Part shown: positions 37,216 through 46,232 of the stretch, in pieces
Layout of the letters: every line of letters starts with the position of its first letter
How positions within the stretch are numbered: position 1 is the stretch's first letter
NCBI GenBank assembly: GCA_963663225.1
Contig: OY760142.1
Location: 320,001 to 384,000 of the forward strand
Origin: Nitrospirota bacterium
Lineage (GTDB): Bacteria; Nitrospirota; UBA9217
Reading direction: 5' to 3'
DNA: 64,000 bases
Notes under the pieces: generated by a model
Seen by the model: the letters and a program-made list of their open reading frames with translations, nothing else
Database searches by the model: none
What the model was told of the DNA's origin: nothing
Program-made: the position numbers and the translations under genes

Positions 37216-38478
37216 ATGACTGACACGTTTACCCAAACTATTGATGAACAGTTGATTCCCATGGCCATTGAAAAGTTTGTCGAGGGTGTGGCATCTCCCT
37301 GCGATATTTTTCTGAATGACAATGGAAAGACCGTGGCGCTTTTTAACCGGGGAATGATTTTTGACGCTTCAACCATGAGCGTTCTCCGTAAACAGGGCGT
37401 TACAGAAGTCCTTATTAAAAAAGATGAAGAGCACAAGGTCGCGGCTCAAAGAATACAGCAGGAATTTGCAGAAGAGGCTGCCCCTGTCATGCCTGAGACG
37501 CCTGTTCCTCCTGCCATGGATTTTAAGGAATATTCTGTCAAGAAAGAGCAGCACTTTCAGATAGACGGAAAACTGCTGGTTCCGGGAACAGATGTGCATT
37601 TCAATATTTATACCTTCAACCAGGCTGCTTTGCGCATGGTCGTCGAGGCGTCGGAGCAGTCGCCTGCCAGAATTCCTGAGTCCATTCGGAACACAACCGA
37701 AGAGCTTGTTATCAATAATGCCGACATCCCTTCTTACCAGGCATATTTGAACGGCCTACTGGCATCCTCAAGCATCCCAACGGCGGAAATATCGTGGATC
37801 AAATCAACTGTCATCAAGGAAAATTCGAAGCTGATTGTTAAAGACCTGCTTGATAATCCGCGCAGCGGTGAAAAAATCAAAGAATCAATTGTCATGGTGA
37901 ACAAAATGGTGGACGGCATCCTGGAGAACCGGGACGCAGTGTACGAACTGCTTTCCATCAGGAGTCATGACTACTATACCTACACGCATTCGGTGAACGT
38001 GGCAGCCCTTTCGGTCGGACTGGGCATCGCGAGCGGACTGAATAGAAGCAGTCTTGAGAAACTCGGCATCGGAACCATGCTGCATGACCTGGGGAAGAGT
38101 GCCATCCCTCATGAAATTCTGAATAAACCGGAGAAGCTTACTGATGATGAATTCCGCATCATGAAAAGCCATGTTCTGGAAAGTGAAAAAATACTCAGGA
38201 AGCAGAAAGAAATTCCGGAAGAATCCTATGCGGCGGTGCTTCAACACCATGAAAGGTTATCAGGCAAGGGATATCCCTTCGGGCTGGCAGGAACGGAAGT
38301 TAAATTATTCGGCAGGATTTCGGCGATTGCTGATTGTTATGATGCCATAACGACCAAACGGGTATACAAACCGGCATTCGCGCCGTTTCAGGCTTTATCG
38401 ATCATGGTGAACGAGACCGGGAATTACGATCCGGATCTTATGGCTGTCTTTATAAAAATGCTGGGTAAAATTACTTAG
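37216..38478 (+). CDS. HD-GYP cyclic dinucleotide phosphodiesterase
   Basis: YTYTHSVNV, LHDLGK, ILNKP, QHHERLSGKGYP, ADCYDAIT..RVYK. Confidence 0.93.
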   Translation: MTDTFTQTIDEQLIPMAIEKFVEGVASPCDIFLNDNGKTVALFNRGMIFDASTMSVLRKQGVTEVLIKKDEEHKVAAQRIQQEFAEEAAPVMPETPVPPAMDFKEYSVKKEQHFQIDGKLLVPGTDVHFNIYTFNQAALRMVVEASEQSPARIPESIRNTTEELVINNADIPSYQAYLNGLLASSSIPTAEISWIKSTVIKENSKLIVKDLLDNPRSGEKIKESIVMVNKMVDGILENRDAVYELLSIRSHDYYTYTHSVNVAALSVGLGIASGLNRSSLEKLGIGTMLHDLGKSAIPHEILNKPEKLTDDEFRIMKSHVLESEKILRKQKEIPEESYAAVLQHHERLSGKGYPFGLAGTEVKLFGRISAIADCYDAITTKRVYKPAFAPFQALSIMVNETGNYDPDLMAVFIKMLGKIT

Positions 38479-38667
38479 GCAGATACGTCCATCACGGCAG
38501 ACGCGTCTGCATACTTCATCCCCCCCGAGGAGGTTTCTCCGTATACTGTATGTAATACCCGTTTCGAGATTTTGGAAACGCAAAAGCATGGAGTAGTGCG
38601 GGAAACCTCCCCTCCCTTAACTGCTTATTCTGAACGGTTACAGTCATTGCAAAAAAATGTCGCTGTT

Positions 38668-39225
38668 TTACGGAACGTTGTATTTCCAATGGTGGCACTG
38701 AGCGCAGAAATTTTCCGCCCGTGCGTGCACGTGATGGCACAGAAGACAGTCAAGCTCTCCCATGTGCGACTGATGAGGGCTGGGCAGCGCTTTGTCCGTT
38801 AGCACAAGATTGGTTTTGTAGTCGGCATGGCAATCGAGGCATTTCTGCCCCTCAGGACTCGTAGCCGGCCGTTCCTTCCCATGACAGTCGCTGCAGCTGA
38901 TGCCGCTGAGCTGGTGCATATGGCCCGACGTCATTTTTCCTCTGAGTGTTCCAGGTTTCTTGGCGTCCCCTGTTTTCTGGTGGCAGCCCAGACAGCGCTT
39001 GTACGTCATCCCATCGGTTTTCACATGCGCAGCCGGCAGTACCGTCTGGTCCCCGTGACAAATGATGCAATCACCCGGTTTGGCATTTTCATTTTGTTTC
39101 GGCCCGGAAAAAGCGTTTCCGGAGCAGAAACCGCACCAGACATATACAGCACACAGCATGAGGATGATTCGAACGCAAACGCCGGTTTTCGCTGAGCTGT
39201 TTGATTCCCGATAATAATTCAACAC
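38668..39225 (-). CDS. Periplasmic multiheme cytochrome c (6 CxxCH)
   Basis: CIICH, CLGCH, CSDCH, CLDCH, CLLCH, CAQCH; hydrophobic N-terminal signal; GTG start after AAGGAG. Confidence 0.88.
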   Translation of the reverse strand: MLNYYRESNSSAKTGVCVRIILMLCAVYVWCGFCSGNAFSGPKQNENAKPGDCIICHGDQTVLPAAHVKTDGMTYKRCLGCHQKTGDAKKPGTLRGKMTSGHMHQLSGISCSDCHGKERPATSPEGQKCLDCHADYKTNLVLTDKALPSPHQSHMGELDCLLCHHVHARAENFCAQCHHWKYNVP

Positions 39226-39269
39226 GCATCTCTCCTTTGTTTGTTAAGCAACTGCATGTCTTTCCCGAA

Positions 39270-39980
39270 TCAATTTCCTCCCGGTATTTTCATGTCATAC
39301 CTGGAATGACAGCCATTGCAATATGCATATGACGCTTTGTGAGCATGATGGCAAACAACACAATCTATCTCCCCCAAATGGGAATTATGCGGATTCCTGT
39401 TCGGCTGCTTTACAGATTTTGTCCGGGCCGCAATATCCGCATACGATCCATGGCAGGCGCTGCATCGTTCATTTTCAACCGTATCTCCTTTTACAGGAAA
39501 TACAGACCCATGGCAAGCAACGCACCCCACATTTTGTTTCGCGTGAATTGCATCAAGGTTCCGAGATTCCACCCAGGACACGGCTGCCTGTTGTGCAAGC
39601 GCCATATCTTCCTTAAGCGGCTTTCCCCATGATATCGTGGAACCGATCAGGCCAAAACTTGTTCCCGGTTTATACTGATGACACACGGTACAATCAACCG
39701 GTGGAGTGCCGGCAATATGTTTCGCATGCATTTTCGTAAAATATGCGCTCGCCACGGGACCGCCGGATTTCGATGGATCATGGCATTTCAGGCAAGCGCT
39801 GATGCCTGAGACGGAGACGGAAGGGTGTTTTTCAGGAAGAATTACGGACAACGTTGTATGACAGGTTTTGCACGTCCCGGCGCTTTTCGCTTTCGTTGCA
39901 GTGGATTTATCGGCGGCATACACCCCAGAGGCAAGCAAACCGAGCAAAAGGGCGATACATGCTGTTCTTGTCTTTCTCAT
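39270..39980 (-). CDS. Periplasmic multiheme cytochrome c (7 CxxCH)
   Basis: Sec signal; CKTCH, CLKCH, CTVCH, CVACH, CSACH, CVVCH, CNGCH; NPHNSHLGE motif of the small tetraheme/flavocytochrome-type domain. Confidence 0.9.
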   Translation of the reverse strand: MRKTRTACIALLLGLLASGVYAADKSTATKAKSAGTCKTCHTTLSVILPEKHPSVSVSGISACLKCHDPSKSGGPVASAYFTKMHAKHIAGTPPVDCTVCHQYKPGTSFGLIGSTISWGKPLKEDMALAQQAAVSWVESRNLDAIHAKQNVGCVACHGSVFPVKGDTVENERCSACHGSYADIAARTKSVKQPNRNPHNSHLGEIDCVVCHHAHKASYAYCNGCHSRYDMKIPGGN

Positions 39981-40027
39981 GGGAAACAAGGCCTCCTTTC
40001 AATCGTCTTGTTGGTATGCGGACATTG

Positions 40028-40060
40028 AAAAGGCCCGGCGTGCAATTACAGCCGGGCCTT
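40028..40060 (-). terminator. Intrinsic terminator-like hairpin between the flavoprotein and cytochrome genes
   Basis: Minus strand AAGGCCCGGC-11 nt loop-GCCGGGCCTT, then a short T run (TTTT in total). Confidence 0.6.
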
Positions 40061-40074
40061 GCTCTGCTGCGTCG

Positions 40075-41664
40075 TCAAACTTTCTCTTTTGCTGCATTCA
40101 TGCCTGCTATGCGGCCGAACACCACTGCGTCGGGAGTGGCATTGGCCCCCAGCCGGTTATTGCCATGCACACCGCCGGTCACCTCGCCTGCAGCATACAG
40201 CCGCGGGATCGGGTCTCCCCATATGTCAATGACCTGGGCGGAAGGATTAATTCTGAGCCCGCCCATGCAGTGGTGGACCGAAGGCCACTGGGCAACGCTG
40301 TAATATGGCCCCTTTTCTATTGCCGTCATTACCGGAGTGTACGGTTTATTAAACTCAGGGTCTTTGCCTGCCTTCAGATACTGGTTATGCTTCCCAATTG
40401 TCTCTTCGAGAGCAACCGCCGGCACACCCATCTGCTTAGCAAGCTCGGCTAGAGAGGCCGCCTTCCAGACACGGCCCGCCGCAATCCCGCCATTAACCTC
40501 TTCCTGGGTGGTCACCTTCGGTATCATTTCTTCCGTGAACACACAGAAAGCGCGTTTCATGCCCGTATTGATTTCCGCCCGCGCAACAACATCTCGCCGC
40601 TCCAGTTCGCTCACAAACCGCTTCCCGAGCGGCGTAACAAAAACACCGCCGTAGCTCGGCATACGCGAAGGATACAGCGCATATTTATCGAGAGTGCCGC
40701 TGTCAGGGTCCGCCGTGGGATATAGCTGAATGAAACTGAGTTGAAGCGCGTCAGCGCCGATCGCCTGTGCGTACCGGATCACTTCTCCGGTCGCACCCGG
40801 CTGATTTGTACAGTTGTATGCGTCCGTGATATTGGGGTTGAACATCTGCCGCATCTTCACATCGCGCCCGAAACCTCCCGTGGTGAGCACCAGGGCTTTT
40901 TTTATTTTTATGTTCTTGGCGCCCCGGGGTGTTTCAACTTCAACGCCGAGCACCGGGCCTGCCGGGTCTTTGCGCCAGATCCAGCTTACTTTTGTGTTGA
41001 GACGGATCTTTTTGACACCGTTTCGGTCCGCGATCTTTTTGATCGCGTCAACGTAGCCTCGTCCCGTTCCGTCGATGCTGATATGGTCCCGGTATGCGGA
41101 ATGTCCGCCTATGCGGGCCAACACATTTTTCAGTTTGAGACCGCCTTCATCGACCATCCAGTCAAGCGCAGCCGGAGCGTTGTTTACCAGCACCCGCACT
41201 AATTCCGGAATATTGTAGTAATCGCCGCCTTTCAGCGTGTCCTGATAGTGAAGTTCAGCGCTGTCCTCGCCCAGTTTCAGTTTTTGGCGGAGTTGCTGAT
41301 TGTCAGTCCAGGCGTTGTACCCGCCGCCGTTAATCGTAGAGTTGCCGCCGGAAATAGGCATCTTCTCGAGAATGACGGTGTTGCTGCCCCGTGCCGCCGC
41401 TTCCGCAGCCGCGGCCAAACCGGCAAATCCTGAACCGACAATAACAACGTCTGTTTCCTCGTCCCATTTCTTGGGAAGCATGCGGACGGTCGCGGCTTCC
41501 GCATCTCCCCGAAAAACACCCAGCGACAAAGCCGGCACTGCTGCAAGCGCTCCGACTCCTCCCGCAGCCTTGAGAAAACTTCGACGGCTCAGAGAACCGT
41601 CCCCGGATTTTGCCTTTGCTGCAGATTTGTTTGCTGTGGTCTTGGATGAGTCGTCCTTTTGCAT
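40075..41664 (-). CDS. Tat-exported flavocytochrome-c-family flavin reductase (urocanate/methacrylate reductase-like)
   Basis: SRRSFLK Tat motif, VGSGFAG FAD site, HHCMGG, LYAAGEVTGGVHGNNRLG; no heme motifs; QLYPT in place of the fumarate-reductase His. Confidence 0.88.
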   Translation of the reverse strand: MQKDDSSKTTANKSAAKAKSGDGSLSRRSFLKAAGGVGALAAVPALSLGVFRGDAEAATVRMLPKKWDEETDVVIVGSGFAGLAAAAEAAARGSNTVILEKMPISGGNSTINGGGYNAWTDNQQLRQKLKLGEDSAELHYQDTLKGGDYYNIPELVRVLVNNAPAALDWMVDEGGLKLKNVLARIGGHSAYRDHISIDGTGRGYVDAIKKIADRNGVKKIRLNTKVSWIWRKDPAGPVLGVEVETPRGAKNIKIKKALVLTTGGFGRDVKMRQMFNPNITDAYNCTNQPGATGEVIRYAQAIGADALQLSFIQLYPTADPDSGTLDKYALYPSRMPSYGGVFVTPLGKRFVSELERRDVVARAEINTGMKRAFCVFTEEMIPKVTTQEEVNGGIAAGRVWKAASLAELAKQMGVPAVALEETIGKHNQYLKAGKDPEFNKPYTPVMTAIEKGPYYSVAQWPSVHHCMGGLRINPSAQVIDIWGDPIPRLYAAGEVTGGVHGNNRLGANATPDAVVFGRIAGMNAAKEKV

Positions 41665-41708
41665 AATAAGCTCCTATCGTTTTCTATTCATATGCAATCG
41701 CATGCCGT

Positions 41709-43226
41709 TTATGCCCAGGGCTTCTCAGCAGCGGCATTCTTGCCGCACGCCCTGCCGTTGACGATGCAGTCGGTCGTGGCGTTGCCGCCCAGCCTGTTGG
41801 CTCCATGCACGCCTCCTGTGACCTCACCAGCCGCATAAAACCGCGGAATAACATTGCCATGACGATCAATGACCTGCCCTGTTGTCCCTTTGGTTCTTAA
41901 ACCCCCCATGGTATGGTGCGCTCCCGCCTGGGTTGGGCTGGCATAAAACGGCCCTTTTGCGAGCGGTTTAAGATTCGTAACCTTCTTTCCGAACTCCTTG
42001 TCCTCTCCTTTTTTCGCAAACTCATTATAGTTCTTTACCGTGTTCAGGAATTTTTCCTCAGGCACATCAAATTTTTCTTTCAGGATTTTGGCCAGACCGT
42101 CCAGTGTGTCCGCTTTAAATATCAAACCGTCCTTGAGTGTTCGCTCGATTGTCGCGGCGTCAAATCTTTTTTTGCAAAGGTCGTCCGCCACCCACAGCAG
42201 CAGCTTTTTCGGCTGCTGCAAAACCGCATCAGACATGACATCGCGTCTGGCGTCTTCCGCGACAAACCGCTCACCTTTTGTGTTCACGAAGATGGCTGAG
42301 TCAATGCCGAGGTTCGCCAGCGAACCGTATTTCTTTGTATAATAGTTGCACGCGATGAGCAGTTGGATATAATCCATGCCGATTACATCCGCGCCTTCAT
42401 CCTCTGCGCTGATGATTGCCTCACCGGTTGCAGAAGCGACATTTGTCGTCGGCAACTCCACATCAAGAAGCGGCGCATACTTCGAACGCATTTTCACATC
42501 TGCGGCAAAACCGCCTGTCGCCAGCACCACTCCGCGTTTTGCTTTGAAATACAGCTTTTTCCCCTTGTTCTCGGCCTCAACGCCCTGTACCACGCCGGTT
42601 AAAAATCCTTCCCGAACGATTCCGCTCAGCTTGTACCCCATAAGAACCGGGATTTTCCTTTTATCAACTTCAGCTTTCAATGCCTTTACGATTGCGCCAC
42701 CCCGTCCTCCGTTGATAGGGTCATGGCTTCTCGGATAAAGAGAACCGACAATGGTATAGACAGTTGGTTCGAATTGTACGCCCATCTTTTCAAGCCACTT
42801 GACGCCGTCCAGGGCGTTCTCCACCAAAAATCTGACTTTTTCCGGGTCCCCCCGAAAATCACCGCCTGCCAGTGTGTGTTTGTAGTGCAGGTCAACAGAA
42901 TCTTCAATACCCTGTTTTTTCTGGCGTTCAGGGTCCACCGCGTTCATGCCTCCGCTGGCAATAATCGAGTTGCCGCCGATAAATAAATTCTTTTCAAGAA
43001 TGATAACATTGCTACCCGCATCAAATGCTTCAATCGCTGCGGCAAGACCGGCATATCCTGTGCCGATTACCACTACGTCAGCTTCTTTGTCCCATTTTTT
43101 TGGCTGACTTACTGCTTGCAATTCTTTCGGAAACAGCTGTCCGCCTACCACAGCACCAGCGGCAATTGCCGCCGTGGAACCCAGAAAACGCCTTCTTGTA
43201 ATGCCTGACTTTTTCTCACTGCTCAT
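41709..43226 (-). CDS. Second Tat-exported flavocytochrome-c-family flavin reductase
   Basis: TRRRFLG Tat motif, IGTGYAG, HHTMGG, GEVTGGVHGANRLGGNA; QLLIA at the active-site His position. Confidence 0.88.
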   Translation of the reverse strand: MSSEKKSGITRRRFLGSTAAIAAGAVVGGQLFPKELQAVSQPKKWDKEADVVVIGTGYAGLAAAIEAFDAGSNVIILEKNLFIGGNSIIASGGMNAVDPERQKKQGIEDSVDLHYKHTLAGGDFRGDPEKVRFLVENALDGVKWLEKMGVQFEPTVYTIVGSLYPRSHDPINGGRGGAIVKALKAEVDKRKIPVLMGYKLSGIVREGFLTGVVQGVEAENKGKKLYFKAKRGVVLATGGFAADVKMRSKYAPLLDVELPTTNVASATGEAIISAEDEGADVIGMDYIQLLIACNYYTKKYGSLANLGIDSAIFVNTKGERFVAEDARRDVMSDAVLQQPKKLLLWVADDLCKKRFDAATIERTLKDGLIFKADTLDGLAKILKEKFDVPEEKFLNTVKNYNEFAKKGEDKEFGKKVTNLKPLAKGPFYASPTQAGAHHTMGGLRTKGTTGQVIDRHGNVIPRFYAAGEVTGGVHGANRLGGNATTDCIVNGRACGKNAAAEKPWA

Positions 43227-43363
43227 ACGCTCCTCCTATAAAGAAATAGTACTCTCGATGATTTCTTCTGAATAGAAAACATGCCACTTGTTTTACCTGC
43301 GACCTGGCTTTTTGTAACTGTACCACTATTTCCAGGACTATAGTAAAAAATAATCCCAAAGTT

Positions 43364-43380
43364 TGGCATCTTATTTGCAT
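43364..43380 (+). promoter_or_regulatory. sigma54 promoter of the GGDEF gene
   Basis: TGGCATCTTATTTGCAT = GG-N10-GC, 26 nt before ATG 43407 with an AAGGAG RBS. Confidence 0.75.
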
Positions 43381-43406
43381 TATATAAGTTCAAAAAGGAG
43401 ACAGCC

Positions 43407-44507
43407 ATGACGACACCATTTATAAGTCATTACAATAACATCCGGGAAACCATAAAACTCGCGTACAGGCTGGCCCGCGGCATGGATTATCAGGACTTGT
43501 GCCTGTATATGCTGAGAATTAATCAGCAAAAAGATATTGAGGCAATTCTTCAGGAAACTGCGCGATGTTTAAGCGATATTTTGCAATATGATCTTTTCGG
43601 TTTTGTTATGAAAAATAAAGATGCTGTTGATGTTTGGATAGATCCGTACATCTATACAGCACAGTTTGCTGAATATATTGAAAAAGATTTCCAGTGCCAA
43701 AAAAATGACTTCATCATGCACAATATCCAAAAAAATTGTGCGGAAAAAAGTCATAATTTTGACGACATACACATGCAAAACATTGTTTCCTATGATGTTA
43801 TAGAAATTAATTTCGTGGCAAAATTATACATTCTGCCGAAAAGGAAGCTGCTTCATCATCATGACACGATTATCAGCACGATTATCCGAACCTTGGGAAC
43901 CACTCTCGAAAAGTGTTTGAGCGCCAAACAGCTCGAAAACGCCGCCGCGATTGATCCTCTCACCGGTTGTTATAATCGCAGGGCGCTCTTTGACTTCATC
44001 GAAAGCGATATTGCGTATACCCAACGTTACGGTGCTGATCTTTCAATCATCATGATAGATGCTGATAACTTTAAGGAAGTAAATGATATGCACGGACATC
44101 TGGCAGGCGATGTGATCCTGAAGGAAATAGCTTCCTGCATCAATTCCCAGGTCCGGAAAACCGATTATCTTGGCCGGTACGGCGGAGAAGAGTTCGTACT
44201 TGTCCTGCCGGAAACGTCGCTGTATAGCGCGGTGCAACTGGCTGAAAAACTGCGGAAAAAACTAGAATCGCATTCCACAAAAATCGGGAAAAAGAGCCTT
44301 AAGATCACAGCAAGCTTCGGTGTATCAAGCCTCGAAAACAAAACTGACAGCAGCAGTTTCCTGCAGGAAGCTGACGAACGGTTGTACAAAGCGAAGGTTT
44401 TGGGGAAAAATTGTGTCGTGCCTAATCTGCTCCCCTGCTTTGCTGACAAGAATTTCGTTTCGAGAAAGCGCCAGCATAAATATGCAGCCGCAGCTTCAGC
44501 GAAATAA
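43407..44507 (+). CDS. Diguanylate cyclase
   Basis: DPLTGCYNRR, DADNFKEVND.HGH.AGD, RKTD I-site, RYGGEEF; soluble N-terminal domain not recognised. Confidence 0.92.
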   Translation: MTTPFISHYNNIRETIKLAYRLARGMDYQDLCLYMLRINQQKDIEAILQETARCLSDILQYDLFGFVMKNKDAVDVWIDPYIYTAQFAEYIEKDFQCQKNDFIMHNIQKNCAEKSHNFDDIHMQNIVSYDVIEINFVAKLYILPKRKLLHHHDTIISTIIRTLGTTLEKCLSAKQLENAAAIDPLTGCYNRRALFDFIESDIAYTQRYGADLSIIMIDADNFKEVNDMHGHLAGDVILKEIASCINSQVRKTDYLGRYGGEEFVLVLPETSLYSAVQLAEKLRKKLESHSTKIGKKSLKITASFGVSSLENKTDSSSFLQEADERLYKAKVLGKNCVVPNLLPCFADKNFVSRKRQHKYAAAASAK

Positions 44508-44606
44508 TTTGGAATTTTTTTCCATAGTGCAAGAATTTTTTTCCGGCTCGAAAACCCTTCTCTGCACCGTTGCGCACTGTTTTCCTGAAGTTCTGCAGGC
44601 GGCTGC

Positions 44607-45827
44607 CTATGCCGATTTGTAAAACAAGGGATGTGTCACACCGCGGCTGATAAGAAAACCAATCACATCGGCAGGTCTGAAAAACATGCGCAGCTTCCAG
44701 GTGTTCTTTGTTGCCGCGCTGAATACGCGTTCATCAAGCGTATCAATGAGCCGCAGCAGCTCCTCCTGCTCTTCGTCGGTGTAGTCAAAGACCGTTCCTG
44801 GCTTTCGGTCATCCCGCACTGCCGACGCCGTGAGCCGGGCTATGACCTTCCCCACGGCTGTAAAATAGGGTGCTCCTTCAGGAAGGTGAAGAAATCGAGG
44901 GACATTCAGCAGATGGTTCGATACGGCCCGCACGTCCGGCAGGTCCCCTACATGCTCCAGCGTGATGTCCAGCTTTTCTTTACACAAAGAAATCAGGTTT
45001 TTCACCAGCACATGAGTCCTGCCTTCCGGCACACGGTTGATGACGAGCGCAGGATGAAATGATTGCTCTATTTCTTCGATGAGCGGCAGCAGTTCAGGGG
45101 CTGCATTGGTCAGGGTTTCCCGGAACCATTCGAGAGTAAACCGTTTTTCGCTCTTTGCATTCTTGTTTTCCTCATCAATCAATTGTCCCACTACCGGGTG
45201 GTTTTTGAAAACATTCTGCATTTTTCGGTACAGGGCGCCTTTGATAAAGCTGTATGCGTTCATTACCGCACCGGGCTCGGGCGCAGTAATAACCACGCCG
45301 TGGTCGGAGATGCCGAAAAAATCCAGCGTATTAAAATGGACGCCGGCGCCAAGGTCGATAATGATGAAATCGGCGGGAAGCGCCTTGAGATGGCGCATCA
45401 GCTTGAGCTTCATCCAGTGGGGCGGATGGAGCGCCCCCGGTACAAATTCGGCGCCGCTGATAAGCTTCACATTCTTTTCGGTGGTTTCGACGAGGAGGTC
45501 TTCAAGCGAAGAGACCTTGTTCAGCAGAAAATTGGCGATTGTCGGTGTTTGACGAAGGATGCCGAGATAGGTGTGAAGGTTCGCACCGCCCAAATCCAGA
45601 TCAACAAGAATAACCCGGAGCCCTTCTCGTGCCAGCGCCGTGCCCAGGCCGATGGACAGCAAGCTTTTACCGACGCCTCCCTTGCCGCCGCCCACTGATA
45701 TTATAGTTCCGGTTTGTTGTTCCGATTTTTTCATAGGTTCCACTTTAGCAAAGTTTTTCTGAGCTGTAAAGTTTGTTTTCGTCTCCGTTATCCCGCTCTG
45801 CATAGACTTGCCGGACCTCATCGTCAA
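44607..45827 (-). CDS. MinD/FlhG-family P-loop ATPase with C-terminal extension
   Basis: GGGKGGVGKS, DLDLGGANLHTYLG, IDLGAG, PEPGAVMNAY; start position uncertain. Confidence 0.85.
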   Translation of the reverse strand: MTMRSGKSMQSGITETKTNFTAQKNFAKVEPMKKSEQQTGTIISVGGGKGGVGKSLLSIGLGTALAREGLRVILVDLDLGGANLHTYLGILRQTPTIANFLLNKVSSLEDLLVETTEKNVKLISGAEFVPGALHPPHWMKLKLMRHLKALPADFIIIDLGAGVHFNTLDFFGISDHGVVITAPEPGAVMNAYSFIKGALYRKMQNVFKNHPVVGQLIDEENKNAKSEKRFTLEWFRETLTNAAPELLPLIEEIEQSFHPALVINRVPEGRTHVLVKNLISLCKEKLDITLEHVGDLPDVRAVSNHLLNVPRFLHLPEGAPYFTAVGKVIARLTASAVRDDRKPGTVFDYTDEEQEELLRLIDTLDERVFSAATKNTWKLRMFFRPADVIGFLISRGVTHPLFYKSA

Positions 45828-45842
45828 TTGTATTTAAGCACT

Positions 45843-46232
45843 TTATTTCCCACCGAAACTTTTGTCATACAGAATCGAGTATTCCGTTTCCAGTGTCGCG
45901 TACTTCTTTTTCAGAGCATCAAGGTGTTTGTTTTCTGTTTCCAATTTATTTTCAAGTTCTGCCACCCTCGCAACAAGCTGATCTTTTTCCTTCTGAAGCT
46001 GTGCATATGCGGCACTTCCAGAGTGATCCGCAGCAGCTGGTTTGTTATTCGTGGTTTCAGGAGCTTTGTCGCCGGAGATTCCCTGGACTTTTACTTCTAA
46101 AATTTCCTGTAATGCTTTTTGATACAGCCGCCGGTTCACACGGTTTTTAAAAAAGAAAACAATAAACAGCACCATGCACCCTACAGTGAACTCAAGAAAA
46201 AAAAGCATCATAAGCGCGTCAACCTGGATCAT
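45843..46232 (-). CDS. Hypothetical membrane-anchored coiled-coil protein
   Basis: N-terminal TM and heptad-rich C-terminus (YAQLQKEKDQLVARVAELENKL...LETEYSILY); ATGA overlap with the vWA gene stop. Confidence 0.75.
   Translation of the reverse strand: MIQVDALMMLFFLEFTVGCMVLFIVFFFKNRVNRRLYQKALQEILEVKVQGISGDKAPETTNNKPAAADHSGSAAYAQLQKEKDQLVARVAELENKLETENKHLDALKKKYATLETEYSILYDKSFGGK

Noticed and set aside
43270-43286. TGGCATGTTTTCTATT upstream of the flavoprotein operon as a sigma54 promoter
   Set aside because: Good -24 half but no -12 G at the required spacing.
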